In this document: in pieces, positions 41,068 to 55,761 of the stretch
Layout of the letters: each line of letters starts with the position of its first letter
Numbering within the stretch: the first letter of the stretch is position 1
NCBI RefSeq assembly: GCF_009914755.1
Contig: NC_060925.1
DNA: 64,000 bases
Reading direction: 5' to 3' (one strand)
Source of the DNA: the human T2T-CHM13v2.0 reference genome, Homo sapiens
The notes under the pieces: model-generated
Database searches by the model: none
The model's input: the letters and a program-made list of their open reading frames with translations, nothing else
Told to the model about the DNA's origin: nothing
Program-made: the position numbers and the translations under genes

Positions 41068-43125
41068 GTGCTTTAAACTGAATTGACATTAACAGTAGGT
41101 GATCAACTTTACTATGTGCTTGTGCTTTTGCTTTTGATGGAGTAATTCATTGTTTTCTTATCCACCTAAATGCACCCAGCTGCCCTTGATTTTCTCTGGG
41201 CTACTGGCCTTCACAACCCTCTCCCATGTACCCTCTCTGACTTTGGGGTAACCCTCCCCTAACTTAAAGCTAGAGAATTCTGAAACTGAGGAGGGGATCC
41301 TCTGTTAATCAGTGAGCACTTTTTGATGAGCTGATAGATGATATATGAGAGACTATGCGTGGCACAATACTTTGTTACACTCTTCACTGATACAAGTGTT
41401 CTAGAGTGCACACACAACCCAAAGATAGAAATAAAAAGAGGAGCAGTGTCGGGGAGCTTGGGGCCTGGTGTTCCATGGAGAGGGAGAAAGGAACAAGCTT
41501 GGCCAATTCATTCAACTCCTTATAAAAATGATGAGGAGGCTGAAAACCAAGAATTTTGATTGGGAACAGAATACAAGCAGCTGAAGCAGATGAATTACTA
41601 AGCAACAAAGATCCTGTTTTTATACAAATATCCTTAGTACAAAAACAAAAGAAGGAAAACTGTAGGGGGGAGTAATGTGCTAAGTAAGCAGAATTGCCTC
41701 CAAAAGAAGTTGTTCTAGTTACTCTTTCAGAGTGGGAATCTTAGATTCTGGTATTGTGGATATGGTTCACATATAATGGGATTGTGTGTTTTATTTTGGA
41801 GGAATTAAAGGTCATAGTTTGGTCCTCAGTATAAAATCAACTGGTAATTTATTCATTTCATTTGGTAAAAATGTATTGACTGCCTGCTATGTTCTAGGCA
41901 CCATGCTGTGTATTTGGAATACAGCTATACAAAGCATTGTCACATAATTGAAATGAAAATTTTATATTATTTAAGTCACAAGAACAAGCTATTTAATTAT
42001 ATTACTTTTAGTTTCTCTTTTAATAAAGAATAGATAATGCTATCATTCTAGATACTAAATAAGTATTTTCTTAACATAATATTACTATCCACTTTATCTT
42101 GTAGAAGAAATAACTAAAATACATCTGTCTTCACTCCTGTATTTGTTTGCATTTTAAGGATTAAAGACAGAAATAGAAATGTAAACAACTTTATTTTGAA
42201 AATATTTCAACACTGCAAATATCTCTGGGTCTGATATTCTAGTAATCTAATTGGCTAGTAATTGATGTTAGTGTGATTTATTGTTGAAGGCTAAATGTGT
42301 TTTTCAGTTTCAAGAAAATTGCTTTTAATAATTGCCTAGAACAAGAGGTTGATTTGGCAGCAAGATGTTGACGGGAAGTTAGAGAAGTCAATAAAGGAAG
42401 TTTTTAGCTGAGAGAGAGTGATTATTCACTCCCATAGCCTCTGCATTGTTATCCATTAGCCACGATAAGAACCTTAGGGAATTCTGAGAGTGTGTCCAGG
42501 AAAGGATCTGTCAAACTAGAATAGTATCTCCTCCTTGAGAAAGGAAATAACCAAGGATTCCGCAGCTGAGAGGCTGCCAGGGCTAGTGAAATAGAGTAAG
42601 GAAATCTTGGCTGTCTCTTATTCTCTGGTTGTAGTTTAACGCAAGACACTTATTTACTCACTGATGGTGTGTGTGTGTGTGGGAGGGGAGATTAGCATGA
42701 GGGGTGGGAATGGGGAGATTTGATGAAGAGAAAACTAACATTTTTTTGGTGACTCAGGAACTGTGCCAGGTACTTCCATGCTTATTAGCTCAATTACACA
42801 AAAATCTTGGGACCAGGTATTATTTTTCAAGTCTTCCCACATGAAGTAACTGAAGTTTGGAGATGTTAAGTGATTCACCCAAAGTTGTACAGCTAATATG
42901 TGGTTAGGCTGGGTCCTGAAACCGAGGCAGTTTATTTTCAAAGCCTTTGCTTTGTGCATCTTACTGCGCCACATTGCACTGCACATCTGCTTCCTGAAAG
43001 CACTTTGTAGGTGTGTAAAACTTTTCGTTAAATGCTTTAAGCTGTTTGGGTTAAAAATATATGTTCATGTTATAAGAAAACCAAGACACTCCTAATTATA
43101 ATCAAATAGTACTTGTTACATATCA

Positions 43126-43127
<2 letters not shown>

Positions 43128-43159
<32 letters not shown>

Positions 43160-43174
43160 TATATATATATATAT
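43128..43174 (+). repeat. (TG)n-(TA)n compound microsatellite
   Basis: Seen directly. Confidence 0.9.
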
Positions 43175-45721
43175 CGCATTGTGCAGATGTTTAAAAGTAG
43201 TTACATAGACTAGTTCTTGCTTTTCAGGGTCCCATAATCTAAACCAGATGACTTCAGCTTTGGATAAATATATAGAAGGAAATTTAAAGAGAATTCAAAA
43301 CAATAGATGATGCAGTGACACTGTGAATAAATGTTATTTATACAGTTTGTAAGATTTCATGCTCATTGTTCGTATGTCCCAGGTGGAGTTCAGAAAATAT
43401 TCAGTTCATTTCCACAAAGGGAAATAGTGCCTAGAGATGGTTTTCTTTTAAAAAGTCCTTTTCATAATGCAGTGCCCTTCCTTCCATTGCCCTTCATTCC
43501 ATTGCTTCCCATGCTTGTCAAGAGACTAAAATGTTACTTATAGTAATAGTCACTATCTCAATGTAAATAGCACCCTTATTTGATGAGAATTATTATTTCA
43601 GTTCTAAAAATGGGGAAACAAAGTCAGCAGGAGGCAAAGTAGCTTGTTAAAGTATTCTGCAACTTTCAAATGGTTGCTTCCACTGCATTTCACGTCTTGG
43701 CACTTCTAATTGAGGGTTACTCTAACCACCCTATTTAAAATTGTAACTGTCCCCCACCCCCTTAATTACTAACCCTGGTCTACTTTTTGTTTTCTTTTTC
43801 TGTAACTCTTATCTTCTTACTATATAATTTATACTATATAATTTACTTCATTATGTCTATTGTTTATTGTCTGTCTTTTCCAAATTCTACTGCCTCTTAC
43901 CCTCTCCAGAATGAAAACTAGTATCTTTGTTTTTGTTTACTGATGTAACCCAAACACCTACAAACAGTGCCCAGTATATACTAGGCCCGCAAATATATAT
44001 TGGCTGACTGACTGTATGGTTTAGTATCATGTCATAGTATTGAGACTGTAACTTTGGTCTTCTCATTTTCTTCTTTGTATTGTGCGTCCTAGACTTAGTT
44101 TGGCCTCTCCTTTTGTCCTTGTATACTCTAATACTGGATAAGAATTTTGGAGTCTTTTTCAACTCTGAGTCAGTGAATGCCACATAACTTAGTGACTATA
44201 TTTAAATGGTTAATTTACAATTTTTTCCCTGCAAAGGATACTGTAGTCACTGTGAGTATTTTAGTATTACTGTAGGACTCAAGAGGGAATTAAAACTACA
44301 AAAATGACGCGTCTTGTATGACACAGAAAGAAATGTTTCTTCACAGAGGGAGGAGAAAAATATCTTCAAGAGAGAACTAATAGAATCAAATCAATGAACC
44401 ATGTCTCATCTTTTTGGATAAGTAACTGTTAGTAATCCAGACACTTCATGAGCTTTCATTATGTAAAGTCTTTAGCAGAAGCTAAAGGAGGGGCACCAAC
44501 CACAGTAATTTTAACTTAAGAACAAAATGGAGCATGAAAATAAATTATTAAATCATTTACTCCCACTATTTTTGGGTTAGGGCCAATAATGGGGAGAGAA
44601 AGAGGTAGACTAGTTTTGTGTTTGTGGCTATTTTAATAGAGTAGCACAAGTAATCAAAAAACAGTAGGCTGTTTTGAATTTACTGGCTGTCCCTTATGAG
44701 TTCACAGTTAGATTGGACTGTCCTCAATGTACTTTCTTTTTTTTCTTTCTTTCCCACATCTCTTTATTTCTCTGATTTTGTTTAAACTTCATAAAGAGCT
44801 CTCTGATCTTTCCTTTCCAAACAATGAAGGTTTATCCTTTGTAAACTACCTCTGTACTCCACAGGCTGATGATATGTGATATCCCTATATCATTAAAGTA
44901 AAGCCTAAGCACATTCTGTGGCTTTTGTGTCTACTCTGTTGTTGCTGAGCTTATGAACTATTAGAAATAACTCCCTCTTGCATTTTCACACATGGGGAAT
45001 GTGATGTTCTCTTGGGTATTATGCTAATCATATTTTGGCAGGTTTCTCTGGAGCAGATGCAGAAATGATCATACCACTTTCCAGGGTGTATTATTTTAGC
45101 TCCTTTGACTTGGGCCCTAAGTCTGTTTTACCTGATGTTCCTGAAAGATGTTCCTGATGTCCTTCACTGTTCTTTCATGCTGGATGTTCTTGCCTATGCT
45201 GCCTCCTCAGCTATCACCCTCTCTTCCCCTTTTTAATGTAGAACTCATTCTTAATGATTTGTCAAAGGCACCCTATTTCACTGAAATGCCTTCTATATTC
45301 CCTACCCTCCAAGTGGATTGTAGACCTTCTAAGGTCTTTTGACATCTGCATATCTCTAGCACAGCACTTACCACGGTGATTATTTATCTGTTCATCTTTC
45401 CAAGTAGACACTCTCATTTTAACTCCCTACCCTAGTCGCCAGCATCCCCAGCATAGTGCCTGTCATAAAATGGTGCCACAATGAAAATTTGAAAAATGAA
45501 TGAACGTGATAAACATAGATGAGAATCCTATATTCTACAATTTTTTAAATGTACTGAAATTATTCTTTTTGAATCCTCCTATTTATTTCTGTGACTTCTT
45601 TGGTGACAAAGTTAGAAAAAAGTGGAGGTCAGTAGGGAGATATGAAGGGACGCAAGTGGAAGCAGTGAGCCTGGGCGGGTGATGGAGTGGGAGATACGTG
45701 GCACAGGGGTCAGTGAGTTAA

Positions 45722-46174
<453 letters not shown>

Positions 46175-47194
46175 TGATCGTATATTTGCAGGTTTGCTTT
46201 TGTGACAGACTTCTTCTGGGGGAAAAAAAGTATCCTTCTATCTTTTTACTTTTGTCCAGTTCCAGGTATCCCTGTTTTTTTCTTCACTCTTCCTTCCTTG
46301 TTCATGGGAGTTTTTCTTGAGGACTTCAAGCCCAGCTTCGGAGAATCCTGGTTGTGTCATCTCATCTCCTTTCTGCTCTCTTCTCTACCTAGCCTTTCCA
46401 CCCTCACACCTCCCGGGGTCTGAAAATGGAAAGATAAGGGTGTTTCCCTGAAAGTTGCTCTTCTGTGTGGGGATGACAGGTTCTAAAGACTCTTTTCTGG
46501 TCCCTGCCCTCATTGCCATGATTAATCAGTTAAGTGGCCCGAGGTTTTGTAACAGCACAGTCTTAAAATGCTTCTCCCAAGTTTAATTTCTCTCCATTTG
46601 ACCTTTTAAGGATGTGAATTGGCTTTAAGCAGTAGACTCCCTTTAGTACGGCGCTGTGAGCCTCTCAGTGAATCTGCTACATCCATTCCACCCACGGGTC
46701 TGGAAACTTGTCTGTTTACCTTTCCCTAAAAACCTAAGATATATTTTTAAGAAGTGCCTTGTAACTTTTCATATAGCCTTTCCCCTACTTTGGGTAGACT
46801 GTTTCTTACAGGAATTTGGTAGATCTTTCCAAAGAGAATTCTGTATCTCTATTTTTAAAGCATAAATCCTGTCAACTTTGGAGGAGAACTGATTTGGCTT
46901 GAGTTTTCTCAGACATGGGAACTTTTGACCTAAGTTTGTATTTTACATTGTTGAAAGGGAACTCCGGGATCCCAGAAAACATATGGACTGCAATTGGGTA
47001 AAGTTTCTGTTTCAGTACTTATTCCTACTTACTAGCCGTTTAATCTTGGTCAAGTCAGCCATGTGGCTCTCAACTTCCTCATCTGTAACATAAAAGGATT
47101 AGAGCAGACAATCTCTAACAAATGCTATAATACCACTGACAAATAATAATATTAGCTAATATGTGTAAGGCACTGTGTTTAGTGCTTTTTCCCT

Positions 47195-48435
47195 TAATAC
47201 AATAGCTTTGAGATATAATTTATATACCATACAATTTACTTCTTAAAAAAGTACACAATTCAGTAATTTTAATAGATAGGAGTAACCATCACCACAGTCA
47301 ATTCTAGAATATTTTTATACATCAGAAGAAACCCTTTACCCATTATCAATTACTCTCCATTCCTCCTAACTCCCTCCCAGCCCTAGGCAACTACTAGTCT
47401 ACTTTCTGTCTTTATTTGCCTCTTCTGGACATTTCATACAAATGGAAACATGCAGCATGTAGTAATTTATGACAGCTTCTTTCACTTAGCATGAGGTTTT
47501 CAAAGTTCATTGATGTGGTAGCATTTATCAGTACTCTGTGCCTTTTTATGGCTGAATAATATTTTATCATATGGATTTACCACATTTTATCATTTTATTT
47601 ATCCATCATCAGTTGATTGACATTTGAGTTGCTTCTACTTTTTGAGTATTATCAATAATTCTGTTATGAACATTCTTGTATAATTTTTTGGTAGACATTT
47701 ATCTTCATATTTCTTGGATATATACCTAGGAGCAGAATTGCTGCGTCAGATGGTAATGCTGTTTAACCTTTTCAGGAACTGTCAGACTGTTCTGAAGTGG
47801 GTACATTATTTTACATTCCAACCAGCAGTGTATGAGAATTCCAGTTTATCCACATCCTCATCAACAGTTGTTATTGTCTGTCTTTTTTATTATATTCATC
47901 TGTAATGTGAAGTGTTTATCTCATTGTGGTTTTGATTTACATTTCCCTGATGGTTGATGATTTTCAACATCTTTTCATATACTTATTAGTCATTATGTAT
48001 CTTCTTTGGAGAATGTCTGTTCAGATCCTTTACCTACTTTATAATTGGTTTATCTTTTTAATATTGAACTGTAATAGTTTTAAAAAAATATATCCTAAAT
48101 ACAAGTCTCTTATCAGATAATATGACTTGCAGATATTTTCTGTCATTCTATGTACTGTCTTTTCACATTCTTGATGATATACTTTTCAGCCCAAATGTTT
48201 TTAACTTGATGGAATACAATTTATTTTTTCTTTTGTTGCTTGTGCTTTCAGTCATATTTGTGAAAACTTTGCTTATCCCACATTACAAAGATTTACTACT
48301 TCTAAGTGATTTATAATTTTACCACCTACCTTTAGGTCTCTGATCCATTTTGAGTTAATTTTTATGTGCAAGGAGGGAGTCTAACTTGATTCTTTTACAT
48401 GTGGATATTTAGTTGTCCCAGGACCATTTGTTGAA
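47195..48435 (-). mobile_element. L1M 3' fragment (about 1.2 kb)
   Basis: ccagccctaggcaactact...tctggacatttcatacaaatgg...tacattccaaccagcagtgtatgaga...ccatttgttgaa. Confidence 0.82.
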
Positions 48436-48772
48436 TTAAGTGCCCAGAACAAGTACATCTATATATAGAGAAAGTAGATTAGTGGTTGTCAGAGACTGCA
48501 AGAAGTGGGGAATTGGAGAGTGACTGCCCATAGGTACAGGCATGCTTTTTGGCATTATGAAAATATTCTGGAATTAGGTAGTGGTGATGGTTGCAGAACT
48601 TTTGGAATATGGTAAAAGACACTGAAATATATGCTTAAAAATGGTGATTTTTGTGATATATGAATTATACTATGGAACTAATAATAACAGTAATAAAGCA
48701 AGGTGTCTTTCCACATCTCCATGCCTTGTATTTTCATTAAAAAAAAAAAAAAAAAAAAAAAAAGCATTTCAG

Positions 48773-49075
48773 GGCCAGGCTCAGTGGTTTACTCCTGTAA
48801 TCCCAGCACTTTTGGAGGCCTAGGTGGGAGGATCGCTTGAGGCCAGAAGTTCAAAACCAGCCTGAGCAACATAGCAAGACCTTGTCTCCATGAAAAATAA
48901 AAAATTAGCCAGAAATGGTGATGTGTGCCTAGAGTTCCAACTACTTGGAAAGCTGAGGCAAGAGGATCACTTGAGCCTAGGAGTTCAAGGTTGCAGTGAT
49001 CTATAATCACCACTGCACTCCAGCCTGGGTGACAGAACAAGACCCTGTCTCAAAAAAAAAAAAAAAAAAAAAAAA
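48773..49075 (+). mobile_element. AluJ
   Basis: ggaggatcgcttgaggcc diagnostic; poly-A tail. Confidence 0.9.
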
Positions 49076-49836
49076 GGCATCTCACTTTAATAGTAAGAGG
49101 CCAGAATATGATGCTGGCAGCATGTTGTGAGGAAATGTATTAGATGAAAGAAGTTAAATTCCAGTTCTCCTTTTTTCAGAAATGAGGTATAGGGGAGAGA
49201 AACACGTACTTGGAAAGAATTGACCCAGCTGAATTGGAAAATGTGGGAAGGGGATGGGGAAGAGGCTGCTCCACCTGAGATCTGGCTCCAGGACTTACAG
49301 CAAGGGGAACTTGGGCAAGTTACAGACTGTCTATGCCTCAGTTTCTTTATCAGCAAAACAGAATCATCCCATAAACTATAAGGTCGATGGTATCAGCGGG
49401 TCCCCAAACTGACTGCACATCTGAGTCATGTTAACAAACACATTCCAGGCCCCACCTGAGCCCTCTGAATCAGAATCCCTGTAAGGAGGACGATGAACTT
49501 GAATTTGCACTGACTTTCCCAGCTGTTTCTTACTCTGATCAACTTGGGGGTAGGACCCATTGAGCTGCATCACATCATTCCAAAGCCAAAACACAACAGC
49601 AGGACAAGAATATTTTCAAGGCAGTCTCTAAAGCAGAGGAGAAACTGTTGAGGGAACCTAGAAGTAAAGGAGATCTGGCTTGCTGGGCTCCATTTGAACT
49701 TTGAGTACAACAGAGACATGAGCCCTTTGGGACACATGCCTGAGGTAGTGACAGTCCAGCTTTGGAAGAGTGGAAGCCCTAGTTCCAAATTCAAGCATGC
49801 TTTGAGTATAAATTAAGTTTACCTCTTTTTGCACAG

Positions 49837-49919
49837 CAACATGGCCAATCTTTCCTAAGCTGCTCAGCTTACAAGAAAAGGAATCATACTGCTAAGAATT
49901 CAAACTTCAGCAGTCATAG
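49837..49919 (+). other. Putative non-coding NBPF 5' exon
   Basis: Strong acceptor ctctttttgcacag and strong donor TAG|gtaagt, 83 nt apart. Confidence 0.4.
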
Positions 49920-52522
49920 GTAAGTAAGGAAGTCTTATAAACCTATTCTAGCCACCTAACCAGAAACTCGAAATTTAGCAGGTTCTTTCAGTTTCAGGAC
50001 AGTTGTGTTCACTAGATCAGAGGCATTGAGACATGAAGAACAGACCCTTAAAAAGGGAAAGTGTTCCCTTCAGTTTGAGGACATCACTGGAACATTAGGG
50101 AAGTGGGAACACAGCTGCTCACTCTACAGTGTGGGTTGCCTTTGTGTCTGGAATGTGTCTGACGTCCTGATCCCTGTGCACATTTCAGGGAGCCTTGGGA
50201 GGACCCCGAATCACTGATGGAATTGGGCAGTGCATGGAGATGGCTCAGCAGGATGAGGGTAAATGCAGGGGCAAGTCCAGGTCATACTGAGAGACAATGA
50301 GTGGCGCTGATGAGGACAAAGATAAAATCAAAAGTTTGTGCTTCATCTTCAAAAACTCAAGCTGATAACAAACTTGGCCTGATGAGAAATAATAAGTATT
50401 TTTCTATTTACATGAGAATTTAATCTCAAAACAGAAATCAGAAAAATATGAAGTCCAGGGCATAAAACCTAAAACTATTGCTCATATTTATTCTTTCTAA
50501 ATAGAGCAAAGTGTACAATCTTCTCCATAAGACATACATTGTGGTTATAAAAAGGCAAAAGTCTTAGTGAGAATCATTGGTATTCCATAGAAGAGTGAAT
50601 TAAACACAGCCAAGGGAAGACCCACGTCTCATACTTCTCTTGTATATTCCAAAGTTCCAGGGAAATTCCAGGTGATAGAGGTTATTTCCCATACTGTTAA
50701 AGCAAGGTTTCAGACACTTCTGAATTTTGGTCCCAGTACTCTAGAAGGGCACACCTCTGTCCTGGAAAATAATACAGGAATGAATACTCTTCCCGTGACC
50801 CATTCTGGTCATTCTTCCAGCATCACAAAAACCAAAAAATGGAAATATGGCCAAATACGTGATTAGCTGTCCCTCATCTTCAGGTTTCTTATCTGTTACT
50901 TATAGATAATAGCATTACCTTAAGGATTATGATGAAGATACAATGTCCAAATATAAACACAGTTTTGAGCAAAATGCCTTGTACGAATTGGTCAATGAAT
51001 AATTACTAAATATGTGAATATTTACTGGATTGTATGGATCCTATGAATAATTACTGAATAATTATTGTGATTGCTTTTATTGGCAGTGCTGAAAACTCAT
51101 CCCTTTGTGACCTCAAGTAACCCATGACACTTTGTGAACCTGCAGTTTTTTCATTTAGAAACTTGACAGATTTTCATTCTGACACAGAATGTCAGGTCTC
51201 CCAGACCCTAGAAAATACATTGACTTAAAGCCTTTGATACATCTCAAAGCAGTATCCTTACAGTGTCACTGGAAGATGGTGCGGGCTGCAGAGAGGGATG
51301 CTTTCAAATGGGATTAACCAGTCCTCCTTCCTTCACTTCCACATGAATGCTGGGCAGCCCAGGGTCAACCCACTGCACCCTCAACTCAGGCAAGTCCAGC
51401 AGCCAATCTTAGGAGACCTGGGCTACAGAACAGTCTCTCAAGTTCCAGGCTCACAAAACCTAGGTGGGGATGAAAGCTGAGAAAGCGAAGAGGTGGTTCA
51501 GGGGATCACTCTTTCCTACTTGTTCCTCTCACCTCAAACTCACCTTCTACTGCACAGCAACACTGAGGATCGCCAACCAACCCTGACCATAACCTTGATC
51601 TTGCCATGTTCTGTTAGTGGAATGCAACCCAAAATCAATGGTGTTAGGTCATCTCAACAAAATATATATCAAACCATATTCCATAAGAACTGCTCGTGGC
51701 CCTGTTCTTTTCAGTATATGGGAAAACAAAATGGAAACAACAAAATAGCATCAGGTTTACAAAACTTCCCAAGATAGATGGTCACACATGTTTTCAGGAG
51801 ACCTCTATATAAATGACTTTGATCACTTGATACCTTGAAAAGAGGTCTTGTGGCACTAGAATGACATCTATAAGTGACAAGTATAAAATGTAGTGCTCAG
51901 TGACATTAAAAAACAAATCAACCCACATAGAGGAAGAGCTTTGGACGTAGGGATGTCAAACTGGTCTAGAATGTAATGAAAACCCAAGAAGGTGCCCCAG
52001 TAAGAAAGAGGAAATCAATCTAACAATGGGATGCAGCAGCAAGAATACTGAGACAGGAAAGAAAATATTTTAAAAAAATGAATTATTCATTCACTTTCTA
52101 GTGGATACAGAAAAAACTGCAGAAGACCCAGAGGATATCAGGGCAGGCTAAAAGTTTGATATCTTACACCTGTGGAAAAGCCTTAAGCTCTGTTTTAACT
52201 GAGAGCAGGTGGGGTGACTTCATGACTACCATTAAGAAAATATAACCTGTTGGGAAACTGTTTCTGCCTTGATGATGTTGTACAGACAAGAGATAAACAG
52301 TGAGGAATATGCTTAGATGTATTGGGAAAGACATGGGTCTGTGGCATTGTCACAAGGGTACACGAATACTGAGAGTGAATGCTGAAGGAATGATCCCCAT
52401 TGGTGGTGACCCTCAGGTGAAAGTAGGGTGCCTGTGTTTCAGCAAAGCCTGGGCAATTGGAATGCAGAGCTCCTAAGATTCCATGACACCCCCACCTTCT
52501 AATTCTGTTATTGCAACTGCAG

Positions 52523-52677
52523 ACGGTTACCTGGCACGCTGGCCACATTCTGCCTCACTCTTATCAGAGTCTGAGCTACTGGCAGTGCTTTCAGCTCTGA
52601 GTTGAGGCACCTCGAACCTTGTTTTTGTGGTGAAGGATCCTAAAGTGCTGTGGGGAGTGATCACATTTTTCACAACA
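52523..52677 (+). other. NBPF 5'UTR exon
   Basis: aactgcag|ACGGTTAC...CACAACA|gtaagt, 155 nt. Sequence recalled from NBPF mRNA leaders; lies 102 nt upstream of the first coding exon. Confidence 0.6.
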
Positions 52678-52814
52678 GTAAGTTAAGAATTTCAGTTACT
52701 GACATCCCTCAGTCCTGATTAAACCGATTTGATTTCACCAGTTTTTAACCCATCATATGTTTGGGTTTCTTCTCCCCAGTCCCTGACTCCACCTCTTCTG
52801 CCACAAACGTCAGC

Positions 52815-52989
52815 ATGGTGGTATCAGCCGGCCCTTGGTCCAGTGAGAAGGCAGAGATGAACATTCTAGAAATCAACGAGACATTGCGCCCCCAGCTGGC
52901 AGAGAAGAAACAGCAGTTCAGAAACCTCAAAGAGAAATGTTTTCTAACTCAACTGGCCGGCTTCCTGGCCAACCGACAGAAGAAATACA
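52815..52989 (+). CDS. NBPF19: NBPF first coding exon (exon starts at 52780; ATG at 52815), coiled-coil region
   Basis: tctccccag|TCCCTGAC...ATGGTGGTATCA; [58 protein letters not shown]; donor ACA|gtaag. Family is certain, paralog number is inferred. Confidence 0.9.
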
Positions 52990-53536
52990 GTAAGATCTAT
53001 AGGCTCACCATCATGAAAGTGATGAATGATATCCTGTCTTCTCTCTGAGACACTAAATGCTCTCTCCATCAAAAATAATTTCATCCTTCCTGTACTTCTA
53101 GGAAAACAGAAATGGGTATTTTAACATTTTGTTAAAGTTGGAAGACAGAGGTGCCAAAGTATTTAGCAACTTTCCATGTTTGCAATCAGATGGGGGTGGA
53201 ACTAGAGTTAAACTCACAGTTATTGATTTCTAACACAGGCACAGAATGACCTGTTTTCTCCAAGGGGCTCAATCATGTTTTTAAGAATCCTCTCTGTACC
53301 ATATAAGATCCTGCAGACAAATAACATCTAGTCTGTTGTTCTAAATGTCTAGGACTAGTGAACTTTTATTCAGTTCAAGTTTCTGTTGAGGCCCAACAGG
53401 CAAAGCTCTGTTCTAGTGACTCTGAGGGGAACTTGGTGATAGTAGCCAGTACCTGCTCTGAGGGGCTTCAAGGGGAGTCTGCTCCTAATAGAACCTGTGC
53501 TATCTATAAGTGACAGCATCAAGAGCAGGGAGTAGG

Positions 53537-53860
53537 GGCCGTGCAACGTGGCTCACTCCTATAATCTCAGCACTTTGGGAGGCTGAGGCGGGCAGAGCAC
53601 GAGGTCAGCAGTTTGAGACTAGCCTGGGCAACATGGAGAAACCCCATCTCCACTAAAAATACAAAAAGTAGATGGGCATCGTGGCGGGCAACTGTAATCA
53701 CCACTAATCGGGAGGCTGAGGCAGAAGAATCCTTTGAACCCAGCAGGCAGATGTTGCAGTGAGCCAAGATTGCACTATTGCACTCCAGCATGGGTGACGG
53801 GGCAAGACTCGTCAAAAAACAAACAAACAAAAAGATAAATAAATCAAAAATAAAAATAAA
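53537..53860 (+). mobile_element. Alu (AluS) in NBPF intron
   Basis: Full dimer; TSD-like aa(g/a)agcag(g/a)gagta. Confidence 0.9.
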
Positions 53861-54826
53861 AAGCAGAGAGTACCTTGGTGAGAGTGAAGTCCTGCTTCCT
53901 GGTGCACAGGCTCTTGTTCCTAAAGAGGAAAGATCACACCGGAGAATGTGTGGAAGCAGCAGTGCAGTGTGCAAAGCAGGGACCCTCAGCCTGTCTCCTG
54001 GGCTCCATCCAAGTTGCTTGTCTTGTCTGTCCCTCAGTTTCCTCATCTGTTCAGAGGGTACTACAATAATACCTACCTCTGTAAATTGCTGCAATGAATT
54101 ACATGAGGTATTTCCTGTCAATCTCCTTGAACATTAATTGGCACAGTGGAAACACTATCTATTAGTTCTTCATTCTGATGTTTCTAAATTAACACAAACT
54201 AATGCTGTTTCTAAATTAACACAACTAATCTAAATCTTAATGCTGCCTCTCATACTAATAAAGTATTTGGGCATATTTCCTTCATGGCCTTATTGTCTTA
54301 TATCTCACACTTTATGCTTCAGATATGATTCTTAAAACCATATCTGAATATTGATTTAAAAATGAAATATTTTTAAAGTCCTTGACATATTTGTCCTTGA
54401 AATACCCAGTAAAAGGGAAACCATCAGTCCCATAGTCCTAGGGGCCTTCCCGACTGTACAAGAAATCACTACTTCATGCCCCAGTGCAGTGTTTTAGAGG
54501 AGAGGCTGCAAGACTTGGGAAAGTGGCCCCGCATTCAGAGTCAGACCTCAGGGGCTGTGAGTTCTGACTCCACTTCGTTGTGGTTGAATCATCTTGTCAA
54601 CTTCCTTGATGCGCCCTTGAGTTTCTCTTTCTTCGTCTTTAAATTTTGGAGGATCAGATGCCAGAAAGTCAGGAGACTGAAGAATAAAGATGTGGAAATC
54701 CCTGTCTAGACCCTGGTACTGGGGAGAGTTTTGTCCTTGGGATGGACCTGGCTCCTGCCCTGTAGGCAGTGACCACAGCAGCATGTCCAGCCTTCCACTG
54801 AGGCAGGCGTGTCTGTCTTTTCTCAG

Positions 54827-54929
54827 AGTATGAAGAGTGTAAAGACCTCATAAAATTTATGCTGAGGAATGAGCGACAGTTCAAGGAGGAGAAGCTTGCA
54901 GAGCAGCTGAAGCAAGCTGAGGAGCTCAG
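54827..54929 (+). CDS. NBPF19: NBPF coding exon 2 (coiled coil)
   Basis: tctcag|AGTATGAAG...CTCAG|gtgagg, 103 nt, [35 protein letters not shown]. Confidence 0.92.
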
Positions 54930-55761
54930 GTGAGGGGACCCCGTGGGGGGAGGGCAGGCGGGTAGGTGTGTAGATCTCTGAAGTACAGCAGCTCGGCGGG
55001 GAGAAATAAGAACGAAGCTGGGCCAGGGGAAGGGCAGAAATTGCCATGACAGGCTCATGACACACAAATATTTATCAGTGAACAAGGATAATAATAAGTT
55101 CTGTGTTGCAGTTGTTTCTTAGAGCCTTGTTTTCTCTTTTTCAAACAAGTAATTGTTGAGGTGAAATTTACATAACACAAAATTCACCAAAGGAGTGGGA
55201 ACCACCCAGCAGCATTCAGTATAATCAAAATGGTGTGCTATCACCACCCCACTTACCCTTAGTGAGAATCACCTCCTGACTGACTGCGTCTTCTCATTCT
55301 TTCACTCAATCAATGTTGCCTTCTTGACCCTGTCCTTCTTTTCTTCTTTCATCTTTTCAATTCGCCCCATCTGCACCTGGCCTCATTTCTGTACATGGCT
55401 TTGTATTTAGTGGCCGCAAGATGCACTATGTGTATTTTCACATGGAAATGTCCATGGCCAGAGTGAGGAACTGAAAGGATGTCTTTTTGAAACGGAATTA
55501 GGAAGACACCTACTTTTGTTTACAGAAGAGAAAGATGAATGGAACATCATCGAGGATCTTGCAGGAGCCCTCTCTGATAGAGGGAAAGCCTGTAGACCAT
55601 TTTCTATTCTTCCTCTTGGCCACAGTCATTCCTTTCAACATGTGCTGACCTTCTGCTTGGAGGTCTCCTTGAGGACATTGTCTCAGAAGTCTCTGTTGCA
55701 ATATTTGAACGGATCACTCAACCCTTTCTACTCTTAAATTTTCTCTACCGTCTCACCTTAG

